Origin: Candidatus Sulfobium sp.
Lineage (GTDB): Bacteria; Nitrospirota; Thermodesulfovibrionia; Thermodesulfovibrionales; UBA6898
Direction: 5' to 3'
NCBI GenBank assembly: GCA_037380845.1
Contig: JARRRI010000089.1
Span: 1 to 4,142, forward strand
DNA length: 4,142 nucleotides
The translations under genes were made by a program, and so were the position numbers. Shown here piece after piece: positions 1 to 4,142 of the stretch; the stretch's first letter is position 1; each line of letters opens with the position of its first letter. The notes under the pieces are model-generated. The model searched no databases, was not told the DNA's origin, and saw nothing but the letters and a program-made list of their open reading frames with translations.

Positions 1-49
1 CCCCTGGCCTGATATCCTATGAGGACTATCCATCCGTTAGGCACCTTCT

Positions 50-763
50 TTACCCCTGCGGTTCAATCGCCCAGAAGGGACTCTTCTTTGCTACTTCCGC
101 GACTGCGGCGAGAAAACCTTTAACATACGCCCCGCTGCGCGAAACATAGTCTTTATCCAGACGCCGCCGGAAGAAATCCAGCGAAAACAGGCCGACAAGG
201 TCCTTAAGTGCAACGATACCTCCCTCGGTTTCGGGCTGGTATCCTTTCCAGTTTTTGATGTGCTCTTCCGACCGGAAGAGGTTCATCGTGCTTCAGGCAT
301 GGGGCAGGTGTTCCATCCATTTCGAAAACGGAACTGACACATACCCCACGATCTCCTCCGGATCGGCCTTCAGGACCACCCCGTCCTTCATCTCCAGGTG
401 CATCGGTGCCCCACAGTCAAGGCAGGGGGCTTCGATTGTTACCGTCTTTCCGGGAAAAAGCCAGCAGACCGCCAGCGATTCGAAGCCTCACTCGGCGAAC
501 CACTTCTGGTGGCCGTCGATCGTGATCCTGTACTGTGTGGGGAGATTGCTGAAGGGTGCGAAACTACCTATATAGTCGGTCTCCGGAAACAGCCAGATGC
601 CCGGTATCCCCACGGACATAAGGTCGTGAAGGGCCTCTCGGGCCTCTTCGATCGGGACTTTAATCGCCGCTGCGATATCGGTATAGTGCGGGGCGCGTCC
701 CGTTGCCACCAGCCTCGTGATGATCGTATTGTACGTTTTATCCAGCACTTCTGCCTCACTCAT
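50..763 (-). CDS. merB: MerB-like (alkylmercury/organometallic lyase family) selenoprotein, 237 aa, with two in-frame UGA codons (predicted Sec92 and Sec157)
   Basis: ATG at 763-761 preceded by GGAGGAGG. The frame runs MSEAEVLDK...PFSNLPTQYRITIDGHQKWFAE-[TGA 490-488]-GFESLAVCWLFPGKTVTIEAPCLDCGAPMHLEMKDGVVLKADPEEIVGYVSVPFSKWMEHLPHA-[TGA 295-293]-STMNLFRSEEHIKNW...IEPQG-TAA (52-50). This joins track ORFs 488..862 and 50..286 in one frame. Motifs match MerB: N-terminal winged-helix-like segment, WFAEUGFESL ~ YAWC96ALD99TL, EAPCLDCGAPM ~ SSHC117AATGAPV, HAUSTMNLFRS ~ SFC159CHVHFFAS. The symbol means family membership, not proven function. Confidence 0.88.
257..287 (-). promoter_or_regulatory. Putative bacterial SECIS element for UGA 295-293 (Sec157)
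   Basis: mRNA: UGA-AGCAC-GAUG-AAC-CUCUUCC-GGUC-GGAAGAG-CA-CAUC. Perfect 7-bp upper stem plus a 4-bp lower stem. The apical loop starts with G, 19 nt after the UGA. Confidence 0.8.
460..476 (-). promoter_or_regulatory. Putative bacterial SECIS element for UGA 490-488 (Sec92)
   Basis: mRNA: UGA-GGCUUCGAAUC-GCUGGC-GGUCU-GCUGGC. 6-bp stem with two G-U pairs. The loop GGUCU starts 17 nt after the UGA and shares the C-GGUC motif of the other hairpin. Confidence 0.65.
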
Positions 764-772
764 GGCTTCTTT

Positions 773-780
773 CCTCCTCC
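773..780 (-). promoter_or_regulatory. Shine-Dalgarno site of the merB-like gene
   Basis: GGAGGAGG on the minus strand, 9 nt before the ATG at 763. This supports 763 rather than 862 as the start. Confidence 0.75.
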
Positions 781-909
781 CTCTCGTCAAGGGTTTGAAC
801 ACGGTCCGGATCAGTACCCCTCCTGCCTCTCTGAATATCCATTCTGTGCTGTTTCGTATCACGATAAAATATCATCAACTTCTGATCGCGTTGCATCCGA
901 CTTAATAGC

Positions 910-938
910 AATATAGCGCTGCAGGCCGCGACTGTCAA
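910..938 (-). promoter_or_regulatory. sigma70-type promoter for the merB-like gene
   Basis: Minus strand TTGACA (938-933), 17-nt spacer, TATATT (915-910). Implies a 5' leader of about 140 nt. Confidence 0.6.
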
Positions 939-1121
939 GGGCGGCGTACTATGTGATTCCGTGCAGTTAGTCATCGGTTCGGGCGGGACCGTCCGGACAG
1001 AGACCCATCGACTGTTTACCGAGGAAGAATACAGGAAAGTTATTTCGGCTCTGCCCTGATAAAGCCGCGTCCGGAAGCGAGCTGTGGACTCCTCTTTCAC
1101 TGACAATTATATTTCCTGCGA

Positions 1122-1149
1122 TTGACTTTCCTCCTTGACGGTTTAAAAT
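1122..1149 (+). promoter_or_regulatory. sigma70-type promoter for the ACT-domain gene
   Basis: TTGACT (1122-1127), 16-nt spacer, TAAAAT (1144-1149), just upstream of SD GGAGGT (1165-1170). Confidence 0.55.
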
Positions 1150-1175
1150 GTGATTAGAACATACGGAGGTGTGAC

Positions 1176-1574
1176 ATGGCAAAGGCAACGAAGACAAGGC
1201 TTCTCAGCTTCGACATGAAGGACAGGCCCGGACTGCTTGCGGAGGTCACTGAGGCGCTGGCCGGAGCAAAGGTGAATGTTACGGCCCTCTGCGCATACTC
1301 ATGGGACGACACCGCATATTTCGACATGACCACGGACAGCAACGCAAAGGCCAAAAAGGCTCTGGCGGCGCTGAAGATCAAGGTCGGTGAGGGAGACGCC
1401 GTCAGTGTTGAGATAGCCAACAAGGTGGGAGAACTCCGGAAGGTGGCCGAGCTCCTCGCCGGAGGAGGGATCAACATAATTTATATGTACGGCACGGCGT
1501 CTTCGGGCAGGACGTCAACAGCGGTTATCAGCACATCGGACAACAGGAAGGCGCTGAGACTCATCAATAAGTAG
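1176..1574 (+). CDS. Tandem ACT-domain protein (stand-alone amino-acid/small-ligand-binding ACT protein), 132 aa
   Basis: Strong SD GGAGGT and ATG. Two ACT signatures: DRPGLLAEVTEALAGAKVNV and NKVGELRKVAELLAGGGINIIYMY. Size and layout resemble the Bt0572/COG4747-like two-ACT proteins. Confidence 0.88.
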   Translation: MAKATKTRLLSFDMKDRPGLLAEVTEALAGAKVNVTALCAYSWDDTAYFDMTTDSNAKAKKALAALKIKVGEGDAVSVEIANKVGELRKVAELLAGGGINIIYMYGTASSGRTSTAVISTSDNRKALRLINK

Positions 1575-1650
1575 GGAAACATTTGCTTGTCCAGGCAAGG
1601 GCAGACTCCGTCTGTGATTTTCTTCCCCCGGGAATTTCCCTGGAGTCCCC

Positions 1651-1694
1651 AAAAGGCCGGCCAGGTGCCTCCAAGAAGTGATCCGGCTTTTTTT
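1651..1694 (+). terminator. Possible intrinsic terminator after the ACT gene
   Basis: GCCGG (1656-1660) pairs with CCGGC (1683-1687), preceded by AAAAG and followed by T7 (1688-1694). The 22-nt loop is atypically large. Confidence 0.3.
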
Positions 1695-1779
1695 CAGTGA
1701 TGGCTGCCGGTTTCACTTGGCGAGCCTCAGATCAGCAAAGCATGCCGGCCGACGATTTACAACGGCAGCATCCCATCAG

Positions 1780-1826
1780 TTGACAACTTGTTAGTAAAGT
1801 TGGCAAGCTTATTAAGAAATCTTAAT
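1780..1826. promoter_or_regulatory. Two adjacent AT-rich dyads, candidate transcription-factor sites
   Basis: TTGACAACTT-7nt-AAGTTGGCAA (1780-1806, 9/10 inverted match) and ATTAAGA-AA-TCTTAAT (1811-1826, perfect 7-2-7). Confidence 0.4.
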
Positions 1827-1847
1827 CTTACAGCGAAGAAAGGCCAT

Positions 1848-1871
1848 TTCTTTCTCCTTCAGGAGAAAGAA
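1848..1871. repeat. Perfect 11-bp inverted repeat
   Basis: TTCTTTCTCCT-TC-AGGAGAAAGAA. Confidence 0.7.
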
Positions 1872-1940
1872 CGGGGGTCTGAATAAAGGTCTCTATTTTT
1901 CGTGTTTACCGAAGATTTTCTGACCGGCCGCCGCCTTTTC

Positions 1941-1949
1941 TGTTATAAT
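1941..1949 (+). promoter_or_regulatory. Extended -10 promoter (TGnTATAAT) upstream of the small ORF and the Rieske/cytochrome b operon
   Basis: TG-T-TATAAT perfect extended -10. Only a weak -35 candidate (CTGACC, 1920-1925). Confidence 0.5.
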
Positions 1950-2036
1950 TTCACAGTTGGAGTTATAGGTAATTTATTAGCCTGTGACCGCGTCCGGCTT
2001 ATTGAAAAAGAGGCGTTAAAAGTCGAAGTCCTCACC

Positions 2037-2171
2037 GTGAAAGAGACCGGGATAATCGTCGATACAGTATCCGACACCATGCAGGAGGCCCTTGCAAAAC
2101 GGGGGCAAGATCGAGATAAGATGGATCGGTACCTTCAGGCCGCTCTTCATTTCAGGATGGCAAGGTGCTGA
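2037..2171 (+). CDS. Small hypothetical protein or gene remnant ending ...HFRMARC-TGA; start uncertain (GTG 2037, ATG 2079, or further upstream)
   Basis: The 3' half of track ORF 1902..2171 reads as protein-like (VKETGIIVDTVSDTMQEALAKRGQDRDKMDRYLQAALHFRMARC). The 5' part overlaps the predicted promoter. No clear SD and no family recognised. Confidence 0.35.
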   Translation: MKETGIIVDTVSDTMQEALAKRGQDRDKMDRYLQAALHFRMARC

Positions 2172-2275
2172 AGGAACCGCCGAACCCGAAAGTCCGGGAC
2201 TAAAGCCGGGACAAAAGGAGGCGGTTTTCATGGCTGCCCGCCTGTCCCGCGGTTAAAATCGTCCCTGTTTGTCAA

Positions 2276-2704
2276 ATGCAAAGAAGAGATTTCTTATCAT
2301 GGCTGCTCAAATCTGCGTGGGTGACGCTCGGTTTGGGGGGCCTTGCCACCCTGCCCTATTTCTACCACTCCCGGAAAGAAGGACCCCTGCGCTTCATTAA
2401 GGCGACGGAGGAGGAAAACATACCCAGGAGGGGAGTAAGACAGGTGGATTTTTCCTTCGCCGGCATGTCGCGCAAGGTTTTCCTCGTAAGGAAGGACAAG
2501 GAGTTTTTCGTCCTTTCCCCGACCTGCTCCCACCTTGGATGCCTTGTCAACTGGAACTACCTGAAGCATGAGTTCGACTGCCCCTGCCACGGCGGCAGGT
2601 ACGATATGGCCGGCCGCGTTATCGGGGGCCCCCCGCCCAAACCTTTGACCAGGCTGCCTTATGTGGTTAAAAAAGGCTTCCTTTACGTGGGGATGAGGAC
2701 GTAG
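2276..2704 (+). CDS. qcrA: Rieske [2Fe-2S] subunit of a Rieske/cytochrome b complex (QcrA/PetC-like)
   Basis: Twin-arginine motif QRRDFL followed by a hydrophobic anchor. Rieske boxes CSHLGC and CPCHGG, and a GPPPKPL proline loop. Confidence 0.95.
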   Translation: MQRRDFLSWLLKSAWVTLGLGGLATLPYFYHSRKEGPLRFIKATEEENIPRRGVRQVDFSFAGMSRKVFLVRKDKEFFVLSPTCSHLGCLVNWNYLKHEFDCPCHGGRYDMAGRVIGGPPPKPLTRLPYVVKKGFLYVGMRT

Positions 2705-3354
2705 TGATAGATTTCATAATAAGGCTGCTTGACCGCTGGTTTAAATTAAGGGAGCCGCACAAGAATTTTCTTGCGAGGGCGCTGCCCCCGAAGTTGAGCC
2801 CCTCCTACTGCCTCGGCGGCATGGCCTTTACGGCCTTCCTCATCTCGGCGGCCACCGGACTGCTGCTTTCCATATATTACGTCCCGTCGGCAAAAGAGGC
2901 GTATCCGAGCATAGTAATGCTCCACGATAAAGTATGGCTTGGATGGCTGATACGGAGCCTCCATAAATGGTCGGCGAATTTCCTCATAATATTCGTTCTC
3001 CTGCACGCAGTGAGGGTCTTTGTGCACAAGGCCTACAGGCCGCCGCGGGAACTCAACTGGATGGCCGGGGCCGCGGGGTTTGTCATTATAATGGTCTCCG
3101 GTTTCACCGGGTATCTGCTCCCATGGGACCAGAAGGCATACTGGGCCACCGAGGTGGGCACCGGGATGGCAAAGACAGTGCCCGGTGCGGGGGGATTCAT
3201 TCTGCGGCTGCTGCGGGGCGGGCCGGAAGTGAGCGGCGCGACGCTCGTCAGGTTCTACAGCCTGCACGCGCTGTGGGCGCCTTTCATGCTGCTTATGATA
3301 TTCTGGGCCCATTTCCACATGGTCAAAAGACAGGGGATATCGGGGGGCCTCTAG
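2704..3354 (+). CDS. petB: Cytochrome b6-like subunit (N-terminal half of a split cytochrome b; PetB/QcrB-like)
   Basis: GTG start overlaps the Rieske stop (TAGTG). YCLGG (Cys36), heme ligands His87/His101/His188/His203, GFTGYLLPWDQKAYWA motif, and C-terminus RQGISGGL similar to the cytochrome b6 end GISGPL. 216 aa. Confidence 0.95.
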   Translation: MIDFIIRLLDRWFKLREPHKNFLARALPPKLSPSYCLGGMAFTAFLISAATGLLLSIYYVPSAKEAYPSIVMLHDKVWLGWLIRSLHKWSANFLIIFVLLHAVRVFVHKAYRPPRELNWMAGAAGFVIIMVSGFTGYLLPWDQKAYWATEVGTGMAKTVPGAGGFILRLLRGGPEVSGATLVRFYSLHALWAPFMLLMIFWAHFHMVKRQGISGGL

Positions 3355-3735
3355 ATGGCAGACGGAAACGGCAAGAAAAGCCTTTACCCGGACTATCTCC
3401 CTTACGTGGCGGCGGCCCTGCTTGTGACCGTAGAGGCGGTCCTGGCGGCGGCCCTCCTGTTTCCCCCGCGCATCGGTCAGGCCATAAACCTGGCCGCGCC
3501 GTACCAGCCGAAGCCGGAGTGGTATTTCCTCTGGATTTATCAACTCCTCAGATATTTCCCCGGCGGGTATGCAATTTTTGGAACCGTCATCATACCCATA
3601 CTCCTGATCCTGGTCTTTATATTCATGCCCTATATCGACAGGGGTAAAAATGGAAGAACGAAGGCGGCCGTTGCAGCGACGGTGCTTCTCGTGCTGCTCG
3701 TGGTCCTCACTCTGATAGCGGCATTCAGGCCGTAA
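3355..3735 (+). CDS. petD: Subunit IV-like protein (C-terminal half of a split cytochrome b; PetD-like)
   Basis: Qo-site motif PKPEWYFLWIYQLLR, three hydrophobic helices, PYIDR motif. No CxxCH, so no fused cytochrome c. Confidence 0.92.
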   Translation: MADGNGKKSLYPDYLPYVAAALLVTVEAVLAAALLFPPRIGQAINLAAPYQPKPEWYFLWIYQLLRYFPGGYAIFGTVIIPILLILVFIFMPYIDRGKNGRTKAAVAATVLLVLLVVLTLIAAFRP

Positions 3736-3854
3736 AAAGAAGCCGTACCCTCGCAGGGTGAAATACCTTATCCGGAAACCCGCTGGATGTTATAAACATG
3801 CTATGGCTGAATTTTCATTAACCCTGGAATCCACCCGTCCCCCTCTCCGGAATC

Positions 3855-4085
3855 ATAACTCCCCCTTTCCCCCTCTTAACTTAAGAGGGGGTGCCGAAGG
3901 CGGGGGCGTTATTCCAAAGAGTCCCGAAAGCTTTCGGGATCTGGCAAAGGGACCTGCCTGCCGGCCGGCAGGTCCGCTGTCTGAAAACCTGGATTCTCGA
4001 TGCGAGTCCCGAAGCGGGTCTCCGCGTAGGGTCGCTACGACTTCGGTGAGAGTCGCTTCGACCCGATTATTACCTCGGGAATGAC
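3855..4085. repeat. Cluster of REP-like GC-rich palindromes (non-coding)
   Basis: CCCCCTCTTAA-C-TTAAGAGGGGG (3869-3891) inside ATAACTCCCCC/GGGGGCGTTAT (3855-3912). Perfect palindromes TCCCGAAAGCTTTCGGGA (3922-3939) and CCTGCCGGCCGGCAGG (3957-3972). CTGGATTC...CCCGA-TTATTACC-TCGGG-AATGAC (3989-4085) with an internal branched palindrome. Confidence 0.8.
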
Positions 4086-4142
4086 GAATTCGTAATGCAA
4101 TTCTTTTATACAACATCAGGGGGTTTATTAACGGCACAATCA

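Noticed and set aside
293..490. Genome-wide UGA reassignment to Trp or Gly (codes 4 or 25)
   Set aside because: The other four confident genes have many TGG and GGN codons and no internal TGA. The two TGAs align with Cys rather than Trp or Gly.
50..862. Treating track ORFs 50..286 and 488..862 as two genes or as a merB pseudogene
   Set aside because: They share one frame, the intervening segment keeps MerB motifs, and both TGAs fall at catalytic Cys positions with SECIS-like hairpins. The 862 start lacks the SD found at 763.
255..916. Plus-strand ORFs 255..575, 398..916, 717..905 and minus-strand 568..759
   Set aside because: Antisense or off-frame shadows of the merB-like gene with no recognisable motifs.
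961..1059. Short plus-strand frame VQLVIGSGGTVRTETHRLFTEEEYRKVISALP
   Set aside because: Only 32 codons, no SD, no recognisable family. It could be a remnant but I cannot support that.
756..1477. Minus-strand ORFs 756..1106, 967..1197 and 1154..1477
   Set aside because: They cross the predicted divergent promoters or lie antisense to the ACT gene, with no family features. The 3' part of 756..1106 could be a uORF overlapping the merB start, but it has no SD.
2172..2250. c-di-GMP-I (GEMM) riboswitch resemblance (GAAA, GGGAC-TAAAGCC, ATGGCTGCC)
   Set aside because: The GGCAAAC start, a properly paired GAAA-tetraloop stem and the CTAA receptor arrangement are missing. An Rfam scan would settle it.
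3352..3354. Pyrrolysine read-through of the TAG between the b6 and subunit IV genes
   Set aside because: The stop is at the canonical b6 C-terminus and is followed by a usable ATG, TAG is an ordinary stop in neighbouring genes, and no pyl genes are visible.
2016..3647. ORFs 2016..2231(-), 2297..2590(-), 2362..2550(-), 2746..3543(-) and 2967..3647(+)
   Set aside because: Shadow frames overlapping the small ORF or the clearly identified Rieske and cytochrome b genes, expected in GC-rich coding DNA.
3855..4085. CRISPR array or tRNA/tRNA-Sec in the palindromic region
   Set aside because: There are no regularly spaced identical direct repeats. The branched fold lacks the T-loop consensus, an anticodon arm and a CCA end.
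3758..4137. ORFs 3758..4084(+) and 3853..4137(-)
   Set aside because: Translations of palindromic repeats: both strands give near-identical peptides (PPLNLRGG / PPLKLRGG).

Overview
Bacterial window with five confident genes. (1) Minus strand 50..763: one 237-aa MerB (alkylmercury lyase)-like gene that the ORF track splits into pieces. It has two in-frame TGA codons (488-490 and 293-295). By my manual alignment they fall at the positions of the two catalytic cysteines of MerB (Cys96 and Cys159). Each is followed by a SECIS-like hairpin whose loop begins GGUC, so this is most likely a two-selenocysteine MerB-like selenoprotein. No other mer genes are visible in the window. (2) A divergently transcribed tandem-ACT-domain protein gene (1176..1574). 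(3) A three-gene Rieske / cytochrome b6 / subunit IV operon (2276..3735) of the split, heme-ci-type, probably menaquinol-oxidising class, with no cytochrome c gene beside it. Between the ACT gene and the operon lie dyad sites, a promoter, a small ORF ending Cys-TGA and a structured leader. The window ends in a cluster of nested REP-like palindromes. All family calls come from motif recognition by eye; no searches were run.
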